Source: an uncultured Arcobacter sp. (GTDB taxonomy: Bacteria > Campylobacterota > Campylobacteria > Campylobacterales > Arcobacteraceae). Taken from it: a stretch of 64,000 nt of DNA. The notes under the pieces were generated by a model. The model did no database searches. It had not been told where the DNA came from and saw nothing but the letters and a program-made list of their open reading frames with translations. Below are positions 20,888-31,172 of this stretch, piece by piece (within the stretch, counting starts at the first letter, position 1; each line of letters opens with the position of its first letter). Location: the NCBI GenBank assembly GCA_965140705.1, contig OZ223300.1:1983479-2047478 (forward strand), read 5' to 3'. Position numbers and translations under genes: made by a program.

Positions 20888-21352
20888 CTAGAATAAAAAC
20901 TCTCTCAAAGCTTTTCGTGAAGCTTTATCAACTAAGTTAAAAAGTCTATCAATATCATCTTTTTGGCTTGAACTCTTATGACCTTTTACTTTTACAAATT
21001 TACAATGTGTTTTATCACATATTTCAAAAAACTCTTTATAAAGCTCTTTATTTTTTATCTCTTTTCCCGTACTACTTTTATAAAAATTCTTTTCTAGCTT
21101 TTCTCTTCTATTTTCTAAACCTAAAATATTTTGGCAATCAGTATAAATAATTATATCATTACTTATAATTTTTTCATCTTCTAAAGCCCAAAGAAAAACT
21201 TCTAATTCTAACTTTGTAGAAGAAGTATTTTCAAACTTTTTGAGTCTAATATTTTGTGTATTTAAAGTCTCATCATAAATAAAATAAGCCCCAAAGCCTA
21301 TTTTTGATTGGGGATTTACACTTCCATCACAAAATAGTTTTAAAGAACTCAT
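20888..21352 (-). CDS. Ribonuclease HI family protein
   Basis: FCDGS, ELE, YTDCQ, VKGH, VDKASR. Confidence 0.85.
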   Translation of the reverse strand: MSSLKLFCDGSVNPQSKIGFGAYFIYDETLNTQNIRLKKFENTSSTKLELEVFLWALEDEKIISNDIIIYTDCQNILGLENRREKLEKNFYKSSTGKEIKNKELYKEFFEICDKTHCKFVKVKGHKSSSQKDDIDRLFNLVDKASRKALREFLF

Positions 21353-21900
21353 CTAAAAAAAAGAGTTATTTTTCTAAAATATCTTTCAACCTCATCAAAA
21401 CTATGACTTCCACCTTGTTCAATTATAAGTTCTGCTTCTGGTAACTTTTCAACGGCATCATTGAAATCCAAAACCTCATCATCTTCTTGAAGTAATACCA
21501 TAAAATTAGATTGTTCATTTATCTCTTTTACTTCGATTGATTTTAAGTATGTCAAATGCTCTTTTATAACTTCAAAACTTGAATAATCATAATAATTTGT
21601 AGCTGTTCCTATTTTATCTAAAGTCTCATAGGCATAAACAGCAGGGTTTATTAAAACTGCTTTTAAATCATACTTATTAGCCAAATAAATAGCATAATAT
21701 CCACCTAAAGAAGAGCCTACTAAATAAACTTCTTGCTCTAAGCTAAGATAAGATTCAATAAGTTGCTCTAAAGTATTAATAGCAAGTGAGGGAACATATG
21801 AAAGTGAAGGAGCTATCAACTCTTCGTCAAAATATTCTTTAAAAAGTGCTGCCTTATCACCAAGTCCAGATGAGGCAAAACCGTGTATATATATAATCAT
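21349..21900 (-). CDS. YqiA/YcfP family alpha/beta esterase
   Basis: YIHGFASS, GSSLGG, INPA, GGSHSF. Confidence 0.9.
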   Translation of the reverse strand: MIIYIHGFASSGLGDKAALFKEYFDEELIAPSLSYVPSLAINTLEQLIESYLSLEQEVYLVGSSLGGYYAIYLANKYDLKAVLINPAVYAYETLDKIGTATNYYDYSSFEVIKEHLTYLKSIEVKEINEQSNFMVLLQEDDEVLDFNDAVEKLPEAELIIEQGGSHSFDEVERYFRKITLFFR

Positions 21901-21990
21901 TTCTACTCTTTTTAATTGTTTTAGCGTATTTTATATGATTTGTACTTAAGCTCTATTTGAAGTTTAGAATTAAATATCTCTGTTAGATAA

Positions 21991-22016
21991 ATAGTATGAC
22001 TAAAAAGTCATACTAT
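21991..22016 (-). terminator. Hairpin after MCP gene
   Basis: ATAGTATGACT-aaaa-AGTCATACTAT. Confidence 0.65.
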
Positions 22017-23932
22017 TAGAATTTAGATTTTTGTACTTCTTCTACGACTTTATCAGCCATCCTATGTACACTTTTTACTACTTCATTTATCTCAGAAGCG
22101 ATTGCAGCATTTTCTTGTGTTGTTTTATCTAGTTGTCCCACTGCTGAGTTTATTTGTTCAACTCCTATCATCTGTTCTTTTGCATTTGTTGTAACAGTAT
22201 CAACAATAGAGGTAGTATTTATTATATTATCATTTAGTTTTTCATAACCTTCATACATAATATTTACTATATTTTTACCTTCAATAGAACTTTGAGTTGC
22301 ACTTTCAACTAAATCTTTTATCTCTTTTGCAGCTTCTGCACTTCTCGTTGCTAAGTTTCGTACTTCCCCTGCAACTACTGCAAACCCTTTTCCTGCCTCT
22401 CCTGCAGTTGCTGCTTCTACTGCTGCATTTAGACTTAAAATATTTGTTTGAAATGCAATTTGATCTATTATTGCAATAGATTCAATTATTGCATGTACAT
22501 TATCATTTATTTGTTCCATTGAGTTACTTGTTTTTTTAGATAACTCTTTACCTTTGTTTACTTCATCTCTTAGGGATATAGAATTAGAAGATAATTCGTT
22601 TATATTATTTGAGTTTGCTCTCATAGTCTCAGTTATCTCTTCTAATGCTGCTGCTGTCTCTTCTAAACTTGCAGCTTGTTCATTTGCACTAACAGTCAAT
22701 CTATTCATATTTGAAGTAAGATTATTTGCATTTTTATCTAGTATTTCTGAATTCTCAAGATTTGTTCTTAACATCATAGATATCTCTTGTCCAAGTTTAT
22801 TAACTCCACTTGTTAATGAACATAGTTCACCCTTGCATGAAATAGTTGTTTGCTTAGTAAAGTCTCTACTCTCGTATGATTTTAAGACATCAATTGTATG
22901 ATTGATAGTATTATAAAGACTTCCAATCATAATATTTAAATCTTCTGTCAATTCATTTATTACTGCATTTGTAGTTTTTGCTTCTACTTTCTTAGTCAAT
23001 ATCCCAGAACTTACATCATTTACTACTTTTGTAACATCTTCGATAACTTTTTCATCTTGTTCTATTGTTTCTTTTACCTTTACAATATTTTCATTGATTC
23101 TTTTAGTCATAAGACCTATTTCATCTTTAGTTGTAACTTCTATCAAACTAACATCTTTTTTCTCTTTATTTATAAATGATAGAAATGATAATAATCCCTT
23201 TTCAAAGGTATTCAATGGATTTATTAAAGTTACTTTAGAGATAAAAGATACAACAAATACAATAACGATCAACAATACAGTAATAATAGATACTAAAGTA
23301 TAAATTAAAGAGTTTACACCACTATCTATTCTTTTTCTCTCTTTTGCAATATTTTTTTCAATATCATCAACATATATTCCTGTTACAATAGTCCAATTCA
23401 ACTCTTTTACATATTTAGAAAAAGAGAGTTTTTTTACGATTTCTCCACTATTTGGTTTTTTATAAAAATATTCTACAAATTTATTATCATCATTTGCAGT
23501 ATCTATTAACTCTTTTCTAAATTGAAATCCTTTTATATCAGGTTTAGTAATATCTGTTATAGTCCCATTTAGTTTTGGATTAGTTCCATGAAATGCGAAA
23601 ACATAATTATCTCCTTTTTTTTCATATGCAAAAAAGTAACCATTTCCATTTAAATATCTTGATTGAGATATAACACTTATAACTTTTCTTTTTGCTTCAT
23701 CAATGGTTTTCGAATTTCCAATTATGGCTTCAATAATCGTATATACAGTTAAAACTTCATTTTTTAAAAGTTCTTTCTTTTCATTGAGTATACTTTTTTC
23801 AAATTCTACTATTGTTTTTTCACTATTATCATATGTTAAATTTATACTTACAATAGTTGTAATAATTACTATTAATAATACTGGTAAAATAACCAATGTT
23901 AATAATTTTCCTCTTATGCTTCTAATCACCAA
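22016..23932 (-). CDS. Methyl-accepting chemotaxis protein with Cache sensor
   Basis: Two TM, GYFF...[41 protein letters not shown]. Confidence 0.95.
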   Translation of the reverse strand: MVIRSIRGKLLTLVILPVLLIVIITTIVSINLTYDNSEKTIVEFEKSILNEKKELLKNEVLTVYTIIEAIIGNSKTIDEAKRKVISVISQSRYLNGNGYFFAYEKKGDNYVFAFHGTNPKLNGTITDITKPDIKGFQFRKELIDTANDDNKFVEYFYKKPNSGEIVKKLSFSKYVKELNWTIVTGIYVDDIEKNIAKERKRIDSGVNSLIYTLVSIITVLLIVIVFVVSFISKVTLINPLNTFEKGLLSFLSFINKEKKDVSLIEVTTKDEIGLMTKRINENIVKVKETIEQDEKVIEDVTKVVNDVSSGILTKKVEAKTTNAVINELTEDLNIMIGSLYNTINHTIDVLKSYESRDFTKQTTISCKGELCSLTSGVNKLGQEISMMLRTNLENSEILDKNANNLTSNMNRLTVSANEQAASLEETAAALEEITETMRANSNNINELSSNSISLRDEVNKGKELSKKTSNSMEQINDNVHAIIESIAIIDQIAFQTNILSLNAAVEAATAGEAGKGFAVVAGEVRNLATRSAEAAKEIKDLVESATQSSIEGKNIVNIMYEGYEKLNDNIINTTSIVDTVTTNAKEQMIGVEQINSAVGQLDKTTQENAAIASEINEVVKSVHRMADKVVEEVQKSKF

Positions 23933-24094
23933 AAACTCCTAATTTTCAATATTATATTTTTCTTAAATAATAAATATAATAATATTATTAATATTAAGGC
24001 AAGATAAACAAATAATTAAAGAATTGCATTATTTAGTAATTAAACATAAATAGTATAGAATCTACTCACTATTGAAAATTCAAAGGAAAAAGAG

Positions 24095-24961
24095 ATGAAA
24101 TACCACCTATCAAATAACTATATAGAAGTTTCAATTAAGAGTTTAGGTGCAGAACTTTGTAGTTTAAAAAAAAAAGATAACTCCTTAGAATACATTTGGC
24201 AAGGAGACAAAAAGTATTGGAACCGTCATGCTCCTATTTTATTTCCTTTTGTGGGGAAGTTATTAGATGATGAATATATTTATGATAATAAAACTTACAA
24301 AATGGGACAACATGGATTTGCTAGAGATAAGGTATTTGAAGTTTTTACTAAAGAAGATGATTATATTTGCTTCAAACTTGAAAGCACAGAAGAAACGCTT
24401 GAAATCTATCCTTTTGAATTTGAATTATATCTAAGCTATAAATTAATAAAAAACTCTCTTGAAATATCATATAAAGTGGTAAATAAATCTAAAAATATAA
24501 TGTACTTCTCAATAGGTGCCCACCCTGCTTTTAATTGGTCTTTAGAAAAAGAAGATAAAGCTGATTATTATTTAGAGTTTGAAAATACAAAAAACCTAGA
24601 GAGATTACCTTTGACTATAAATGGTATATCTAATAAAAAAGAGACAATAAATTTAGAAAATGACAAATTAGCTTTAAGTGAAGAACTTTTTAAAGATGAT
24701 GCTCTAGTTTTGCAAAACTTAACAAATAAAACAATAACACTTAAAAACTCAAGAGATGATAAAAAAATAAAGATGTCATTTGAAGGTTTTCCTTATCTTG
24801 GTATTTGGTCAAAACCAAGTGGTGCACCTTTTATTTGTATAGAGCCTTGGTATGGGATTGCTGATTTTATAGGTCACAATAAAAAACTTGAAGATAAAAC
24901 AGGAATAATTTCTTTAGATAAAAATGAAGTATTTGAAAGTAGTTATACCATATCAATATAA
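24095..24961 (+). CDS. Aldose 1-epimerase family protein (LacX-like)
   Basis: APILFP, QHGFARD, GAHPAF, CIEPW. Confidence 0.9.
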   Translation: MKYHLSNNYIEVSIKSLGAELCSLKKKDNSLEYIWQGDKKYWNRHAPILFPFVGKLLDDEYIYDNKTYKMGQHGFARDKVFEVFTKEDDYICFKLESTEETLEIYPFEFELYLSYKLIKNSLEISYKVVNKSKNIMYFSIGAHPAFNWSLEKEDKADYYLEFENTKNLERLPLTINGISNKKETINLENDKLALSEELFKDDALVLQNLTNKTITLKNSRDDKKIKMSFEGFPYLGIWSKPSGAPFICIEPWYGIADFIGHNKKLEDKTGIISLDKNEVFESSYTISI

Positions 24962-25005
24962 CTTACACTCCAATATCTTCATCCCATAGGTATACTCTCT
25001 TATAT

Positions 25006-25926
25006 TTAGATTCTAACTTTAGCAAGATAAATAGAAGTTTTACCTTCATGTGAAGAGTAATAACTTATCCATAAGATATCATCTTCATATACCATTCCTG
25101 CATAACTCGTATCTCCACCTGATGGTAGGGTTAAAACTTCATGTAATTCATCTTTTTTCTCATCAATCCAACATAAAGAAGTTCTTGCACTTTTATTTCC
25201 GTAAAGACGAACTGCTGCTAAAAATCTATTATGCTTTTCTACATAAATCATTTTAGGTCCCCCAATAGGAACATTTAAATCACTCCAAGACCATTCATTA
25301 TATGGAAACTTAGAAAATCCAAGGGCTGATGTATAACTTTGCGAATCACGCCGTAAAAGTACATATAAATCTCCATTTTCTAAAAAGACTATTGAGCTTT
25401 CACTCCAAGAAGAGTTTTTTGTAGGGAAAAGTTTATCTTTTACTATTTTCCATTTTTTACCATCATTTGTACTATATAAACACCCAAGTTTATCTTTTCC
25501 AGTATATCCTATACTATATGCTCTCTTTTCATTCCAAGTTGTACTCCATCGCCAAGTTCCAAGACCTGTAGGACAAGTAAAAACCTCACTCCATTTTTTA
25601 CCATCAATTGATAACCAAGTTACAGAACGTGTACTTAAGCCATCAATTGACTCAACTAATCGTACTCCAGCATTTAACATTAGTTCATTTTTAGGTGTAA
25701 TTGAAAATTTACCATCCCTAACATCACCACCATCAAATCCTAAAAGAGCAACTGAAGACCATCTTTTACCATCTTTTGATCTTATAACTCTTAGCTTTCC
25801 ATCCATAGACATATGTTCATCTGCTTCTCTAAAAGTACAATACAAATATTCACCAAATCGTATCAAATCAGTAAATGCATTATGAGGTGATTTATCCCAT
25901 ATCTTTTTGAGTTCTAAAAATTCCAT
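25006..25926 (-). CDS. Asp-box (BNR) beta-propeller, sialidase-like
   Basis: HNAFTDL; SKDGKRW, SIDGKKW, TNDGKKW; GDTSY; YYSSHEG. Confidence 0.8.
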   Translation of the reverse strand: MEFLELKKIWDKSPHNAFTDLIRFGEYLYCTFREADEHMSMDGKLRVIRSKDGKRWSSVALLGFDGGDVRDGKFSITPKNELMLNAGVRLVESIDGLSTRSVTWLSIDGKKWSEVFTCPTGLGTWRWSTTWNEKRAYSIGYTGKDKLGCLYSTNDGKKWKIVKDKLFPTKNSSWSESSIVFLENGDLYVLLRRDSQSYTSALGFSKFPYNEWSWSDLNVPIGGPKMIYVEKHNRFLAAVRLYGNKSARTSLCWIDEKKDELHEVLTLPSGGDTSYAGMVYEDDILWISYYSSHEGKTSIYLAKVRI

Positions 25927-25938
25927 TTAAGACTCCTT

Positions 25939-26640
25939 CTATTCATCTGTTGTATAAGTAATTTTTCTGAATTCAACTTTATCAATTTTTATATTTTTCT
26001 TATAAAAATCACTAAAGTTCTCTTTTTGAATTCGTTTATTTGTAATTGGATCTTGGGCTTGTAAATAATCTCCAAATTTCAAATATACTTTTGGGGAATC
26101 TTTTGTTTTAAATTGAACTTCTTTTTCATTTACTACGATTTTTATATTCCCAAATGAATTTCCAAAATAATAAGAAAAGATAGTATTAGCTTTAAGTGTT
26201 GTAATAGGAAGTACAACTTTCTTATTTGATTCATTTTTATATATAACATACATGTCAAATATACCATCATTGGCTTTACCATTTATAAGCTTGCTACTTT
26301 TTATATCAGCAATATAAACTAATAACAAAGTAGAAGTATCTTTCTCATGGTACTGTGTAATTATAGTTTTAGCACCTTTATTCAAATCAAATAGAATATT
26401 TGAAAATATATTTTCATATGTTTCAAACATACTTTTTCTAAAAGTTTTTTTCTTTTTTAATTCATTTCTCCAACCATGTCCATTTTTTGATACATATTTT
26501 GAATCAATTGCGCTAAATAATAAATTCTCTTTATCCAAATAAGGACTATTGCCTTCAATATCAAAATAAGTAGACAAATCTTGTGAATAAGCAATTGAAT
26601 TTACCAATAAAATGAAAGTTATAATTATTTTCTTATACAT
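25939..26640 (-). CDS. Secreted polysaccharide lyase family 7-like protein
   Basis: Signal peptide; WRNELK, TQYH, YLKFGDYLQ match the three PL7 motifs. Confidence 0.65.
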   Translation of the reverse strand: MYKKIIITFILLVNSIAYSQDLSTYFDIEGNSPYLDKENLLFSAIDSKYVSKNGHGWRNELKKKKTFRKSMFETYENIFSNILFDLNKGAKTIITQYHEKDTSTLLLVYIADIKSSKLINGKANDGIFDMYVIYKNESNKKVVLPITTLKANTIFSYYFGNSFGNIKIVVNEKEVQFKTKDSPKVYLKFGDYLQAQDPITNKRIQKENFSDFYKKNIKIDKVEFRKITYTTDE

Positions 26641-26641
26641 T

Positions 26642-26736
26642 TATTACCCTAGTTTTTCTGCATCGTAGCAGTAAATATTCCCACTCCAATTAGAGCAGTT
26701 CCACCAACTTGATTCAATCTTTTCTTAGCTTTATAA
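26642..26736. repeat. 95-bp direct repeat copy 1 (remnant of the 3' end of the LysE gene at 28026-28649)
   Basis: 92/95 identical to 28019-28113 by manual alignment. Confidence 0.92.
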
Positions 26737-26755
26737 TTATTTAGTTTTTAATAAA

Positions 26756-27349
26756 TCAACCTATTGCTAACCAAAGTGCTGTAAGACATAGCATTAAGCC
26801 AAAAATAGTTCCTTCTACTTTTTGTACATTAGAACTAGTAACAAAACTAATAAGTACTTTTCCACCTAATATCCATATAAGATTACTTATCATAGTCAAT
26901 AAAGATAGAGAAATAGTAAGAATAATAAATTGAGTTACAGAATCATTCTTTGCTGAATAAAACTGTGAAAACATAATAATAGGAATTATTAGAAACTTTA
27001 CATTTAAAAACTCTACTATAAGCCCATTTTTGAAACTCAAAGGTTCTATTTTCTCTATTTTTTTTGCAGACATTTTAAAAAACTTAAATGCTAAATACAA
27101 TAAAAACAAAATTCCAATATATTTTAATATTTCAATAAAAAGTGGATAAGCAGAAATAACATACCCAAGACCAAAACCAATAAACAAAATTTGAAAAATA
27201 CAAACAATGTTTGTACCTAACCAAAAAGGAAGACTACCTTTAACACCAAAGGAGCTACCAGAGGCAGCAAACAATATATTCGCAGGACCAGGACTAAGAG
27301 CAAGTGGTACAAATATCAAAAGCCATTGAATGATTGAGTCAATATTCAT
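26756..27349 (-). CDS. LysE/RhtB family exporter
   Basis: SPGPANI, hydrophobic helices. Confidence 0.88.
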   Translation of the reverse strand: MNIDSIIQWLLIFVPLALSPGPANILFAASGSSFGVKGSLPFWLGTNIVCIFQILFIGFGLGYVISAYPLFIEILKYIGILFLLYLAFKFFKMSAKKIEKIEPLSFKNGLIVEFLNVKFLIIPIIMFSQFYSAKNDSVTQFIILTISLSLLTMISNLIWILGGKVLISFVTSSNVQKVEGTIFGLMLCLTALWLAIG

Positions 27350-27386
27350 CTGATATGCTCCTTTTGTTATTCTTTAATAAAACAGT

Positions 27387-27836
27387 TTATTGTATGTTTT
27401 GTTTAATATAATTTTTCATTTTTAGTTTATCAAGAATTCTTTGTGCAACTTGACGACCCCATTGTTGACCAACTGCCATAGATTCTTGCATTATTGCAGG
27501 ACTTGCTTTAATTAACTTTTTCCCTGCGTCTGTTTTATAAAATTTATTTATAGCTTGAATATCTTCTTCTGTTAAATGTTTTTGATAAATAGGAATTATC
27601 AATTCTGCCACTTTATCCATATCTATTTCTTTTTCCATTTCATCCCAAAATTCTTCTGGTACATCTGGTGCAAGTCTTTTTAAATTTGGTAAAAGTTGAT
27701 TCATAAATTGTTGTCCTATATTCTTAGAACCTGATAATTCAATCAATTTTCTAATACTATCTTCTTTTGCAGGACTTGCAAATAATGTAGTTCCACACAA
27801 TAACATAACAACAATTATACCTATAATTTTTTTCAT
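27387..27836 (-). CDS. DUF2059-like secreted protein
   Basis: Signal peptide; IYQKHLTEEDIQAINKFYKTDAGKK. Confidence 0.8.
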   Translation of the reverse strand: MKKIIGIIVVMLLCGTTLFASPAKEDSIRKLIELSGSKNIGQQFMNQLLPNLKRLAPDVPEEFWDEMEKEIDMDKVAELIIPIYQKHLTEEDIQAINKFYKTDAGKKLIKASPAIMQESMAVGQQWGRQVAQRILDKLKMKNYIKQNIQ

Positions 27837-27857
27837 TTTTTCTCCTAAGTTTGGTTA

Positions 27858-27945
27858 AAATAATATTATAGATTGTATTGGAAATAAACTTTGAGATAAT
27901 TTACGTTCTCTTGAAGAGGTAAACCTCTCCGCTTTCTTACTTTTT
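27858..27945. repeat. Duplicated upstream module copy A
   Basis: Matches 28666-28779 apart from an internal indel and three substitutions; carries minus-strand TACAAT/TATAAT. Confidence 0.88.
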
Positions 27946-28018
27946 AGTTGTAAAAAATAAAAGAAAGCGAATACCTTTAGGTGTTTATGGAATTAAGTAT
28001 CCTGTCACAGAAATTTTC

Positions 28019-28113
28019 TATTACCCTAATTTTTATGCATCGTAGCAGTAAATATTCCCGCTCCAATTAGAGCAGTTCCACCAACTTGATTCAATCTTTT
28101 CTTAGCTTTATAA
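28019..28113. repeat. 95-bp direct repeat copy 2
   Basis: Matches 26642-26736. Confidence 0.92.
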
Positions 28114-28649
28114 CTAGTGATTTTATGTTGAATTGATCCTGCAAAAAGAGCAAAACATGTAATAGTACATAAAGTTACAGCTGAAAATGAAATCATCAAA
28201 ATCAAAAATTGAGGTAAGACTTCACTTGATGTATTTACAAATTGAGGTAAAAAAGCCACAAAAAATACTATGTTTTTAGGATTTAAGGCTGTTACTATCA
28301 ATGAAGATTTAAACATCTTTGACTTTGACATATTCATTTGTTTAAATAATTGTGAATCCACACTAGGCTCTTCTTTAAAAGCTTTGATTCCTAAATAGAT
28401 TAAATAAAATACCCCAATCCACTTTAAAATAGTATATAAAACAGCAGAAGCAGCCAATATAGCTCCAAGTCCTAAAAGTGAAATAACCATTGCAATAAAA
28501 TCACCAGTTAATACACCTAGAGCAAGTGGTGTAACAGATTTTTTTCCATGAGTAATTGCTTGACCGATTACAAATATAACAGTAGGACCTGGAATAATTG
28601 CAAAAATAAAAACTGTAGATATAAAGGCAAACCAAATTTCTATTGACAT
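28026..28649 (-). CDS. LysE/RhtB family exporter
   Basis: IPGPT, YLIYLG, LNPK, AFLPQF. Confidence 0.92.
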   Translation of the reverse strand: MSIEIWFAFISTVFIFAIIPGPTVIFVIGQAITHGKKSVTPLALGVLTGDFIAMVISLLGLGAILAASAVLYTILKWIGVFYLIYLGIKAFKEEPSVDSQLFKQMNMSKSKMFKSSLIVTALNPKNIVFFVAFLPQFVNTSSEVLPQFLILMISFSAVTLCTITCFALFAGSIQHKITSYKAKKRLNQVGGTALIGAGIFTATMHKN

Positions 28650-28665
28650 GTTAAGCTCCTAAAAT

Positions 28666-28779
28666 AAATAATGTTATAGATTGTATTAGAAATATACTTT
28701 GAGATAATTTACAGTCATACTCTCTTTAATAGTTTTATACTCTCTTGAAGAGGTAAACCTCTCCGCTTTCTTACTTTTT
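28666..28779. repeat. Duplicated upstream module copy B
   Basis: Matches 27858-27945. Confidence 0.88.
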
Positions 28780-29200
28780 GATCTCGAAAAAGTAAGCAAA
28801 AAAGACTGCCGAATTGATGAAGGCAAAGCTACCTTCCAGTTAGATATTTATTTTCTGCCCTGTAAAACTCACTAAAATGACCATTTAGGTCATTTCTTAA
28901 CGTTCGAACAGTTTCGGGCTTAACCGAAAATAAACATCTAACTTCCAGCTTCATCAAAGGCAGAGAGAAACTCAGATGGTTCAAACTATCATTTGTAAAT
29001 TTACTAAGTAAAAGTTTTAATATAAAACAATTAAAAATATAAATGTCATTATTCCATCTTTATTCCAACATTTGCAAAAGCCGAATATTTATTTCTTTTT
29101 TCGGAAAGGAGTTACAACTATTTGAGTAAATAAATGAGGATACCCAAAGGGCTTTGATACGGTTGGTGGTTTTGTTTACTTTGTCCACACAAAGTAAGGA
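28741..29200. other. Highly structured non-coding element (ncRNA or non-autonomous mobile element)
   Basis: No ORF in track; TTACTTT...AAAGTAA hairpins near both ends; nested stems 28806-28963. Confidence 0.6.
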
Positions 29201-29213
29201 GAAAAACTTACAA

Positions 29214-29588
29214 TTATTTTACAGTACAATGCCCATAATATTGAGAAGCTACTAATTCATTAAACATTACAGTATTTCTACTATGTACTGCATTACCATT
29301 ATGAGTAATAGTTGTAGTCATTACATTTTTTCCACCAGTTATTTCAATAAAAGACATTGATTTATCAAGTTTATTGTAAATTGGTATAACTTCACCTAAT
29401 CCATTGTTTCCTTCCATGTATGCTTTTCCAGAAATAGTATCTAATTTAAATATTAAGTTAAAATTCTTAGATTGATGTAAACCATCATTTGAACTATATG
29501 TTGGAAATTTACACTCCCAAGTAAATACTTTATCACTTGCATTAACAATTATACTTAAAAATAAAATAATAAAAAAAACTTTTCTCAT
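29214..29588 (-). CDS. Hypothetical secreted protein
   Basis: Signal peptide, two Cys near the termini. Confidence 0.75.
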   Translation of the reverse strand: MRKVFFIILFLSIIVNASDKVFTWECKFPTYSSNDGLHQSKNFNLIFKLDTISGKAYMEGNNGLGEVIPIYNKLDKSMSFIEITGGKNVMTTTITHNGNAVHSRNTVMFNELVASQYYGHCTVK

Positions 29589-29808
29589 TTTTGCCTTTCA
29601 TTAAAACTTTATAATATCTAATATATTATATAAATAAAACTTAAAAATATTAACTAAATTACTAAATATGTTTTTTTATTCATATTAAACAATTATCAAA
29701 AAAAATCACAAATTGCAATATTTTTAATCCCCTCTAACTTTTTATGCTAAAGTTCATAAAATTAAACAAAAATAATATAAAATCCCCTTGTGATAATAAG
29801 GAAGAAAT

Positions 29809-31158
29809 ATGGCTAAGAAAAAAACAACTCTTTTTGAGTGTCAGCATTGTGGAGAACAATCTACCAAATGGATGGGAAAATGTCCATCTTGTGGAGGTTG
29901 GGATAGTTTTGTTGAACTCAATACTGAACAACAAGAAGTATTAAAACAAACATCAAAAATAATAAACACCACATCAAAAGCAAAACCAATAACACAAATA
30001 GAACAAGACGACATAATCAGATTTTCATCAAATAACCATGAATTTGATTTAGTCCTTGGTGGGGGTATAGTTCCGGGAAGTCTTACCCTTATTGGAGGAA
30101 GTCCGGGAGTTGGTAAGTCTACACTACTTTTAAAAGTTGCAGGAGACATTTCAAACTCTGGGAAAAAGGTACTTTATGTATCAGGAGAAGAGAGTGCTGG
30201 ACAGATAAAACTTCGAGCAAATAGACTTGGGGCAAATAGTGATAATCTTTATTTACTCTCTGAAATAAAACTTGAAGAGATACAAGAAGAGCTTTTGCGA
30301 AATCAGTATGAAGCAGTAGTAATTGACTCTATTCAAACTATCTATTCTAGCTCGCTTACTTCAGCTCCCGGCTCTGTTTCACAAGTAAGAGAGATAACCT
30401 TTGAACTCATGAGGAAAGCAAAAGATTGCGATATCGCTATGTTTATCATTGGGCATATAACAAAAGATGGAAGTATCGCCGGACCTAGAGTTTTAGAACA
30501 TATGGTTGATACAGTTTTATATTTTGAGGGAGAATCATCAAAAGAACTTAGAATGCTAAGGGGCTTTAAAAATAGATTTGGAAGTACAAGTGAGATAGGT
30601 ATTTTCGAGATGACAGCAGAAGGACTTATAAGTGCAAAAGATATAGCTTCTAAGTTTTTTGATAAAAGTAAACCACAAAGTGGTTCATCATTGACTGTGG
30701 TTATGGAAGGAAGCCGAGCACTTATTATTGAAGTTCAAGCTTTAGTTTGTGAAAGTACCTATCCAAACCCAAAAAGAAGTGCTACAGGATTTGATGTAAA
30801 TAGATTAAATATGCTTTTAGCCCTACTAGAGAAAAAACTTGATTTACCCCTAAATCACTATGATGTATTTATTAATATAAGTGGTGGAATTAAGATAAAA
30901 GAGAGTTCTGCTGATTTGGCTGTGATTGCTTCTATTATTAGTTCATTTAGGGATAGACCTATTTCAAAAGAGTCAGTATTTATTGGTGAAGTTTCTTTAA
31001 CTGGTGAGATAAAAGATGTCTATTCTGTGGATATGAGATTAAAAGAAGCTAGTGCACAAGGTGTTACAAAAGCAATAGTTGCTTTAAAACCTAATATAAA
31101 AACCAATTTGAAAATCTTTCCTGTGGATGAAGTGGTAAAAATGATTGAGCTATTTTAA
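29809..31158 (+). CDS. radA: DNA repair protein RadA/Sms
   Basis: C4 zinc finger, GSPGVGKST, KNRFG. Confidence 0.97.
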   Translation: MAKKKTTLFECQHCGEQSTKWMGKCPSCGGWDSFVELNTEQQEVLKQTSKIINTTSKAKPITQIEQDDIIRFSSNNHEFDLVLGGGIVPGSLTLIGGSPGVGKSTLLLKVAGDISNSGKKVLYVSGEESAGQIKLRANRLGANSDNLYLLSEIKLEEIQEELLRNQYEAVVIDSIQTIYSSSLTSAPGSVSQVREITFELMRKAKDCDIAMFIIGHITKDGSIAGPRVLEHMVDTVLYFEGESSKELRMLRGFKNRFGSTSEIGIFEMTAEGLISAKDIASKFFDKSKPQSGSSLTVVMEGSRALIIEVQALVCESTYPNPKRSATGFDVNRLNMLLALLEKKLDLPLNHYDVFINISGGIKIKESSADLAVIASIISSFRDRPISKESVFIGEVSLTGEIKDVYSVDMRLKEASAQGVTKAIVALKPNIKTNLKIFPVDEVVKMIELF

Positions 31159-31172
31159 TAGCTCAAATCTTT

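Noticed and set aside
29176..29197. TTACTTTGT/ACAAAGTAA as a second PadR operator
   Set aside because: Spacer is 4 bp versus 3 bp at 19031, and it is better explained as the end hairpin of the structured element
25006..29588. Classical integron cassette array
   Set aside because: No integrase, and I could not identify attC sites after each gene; the repeats are reported separately
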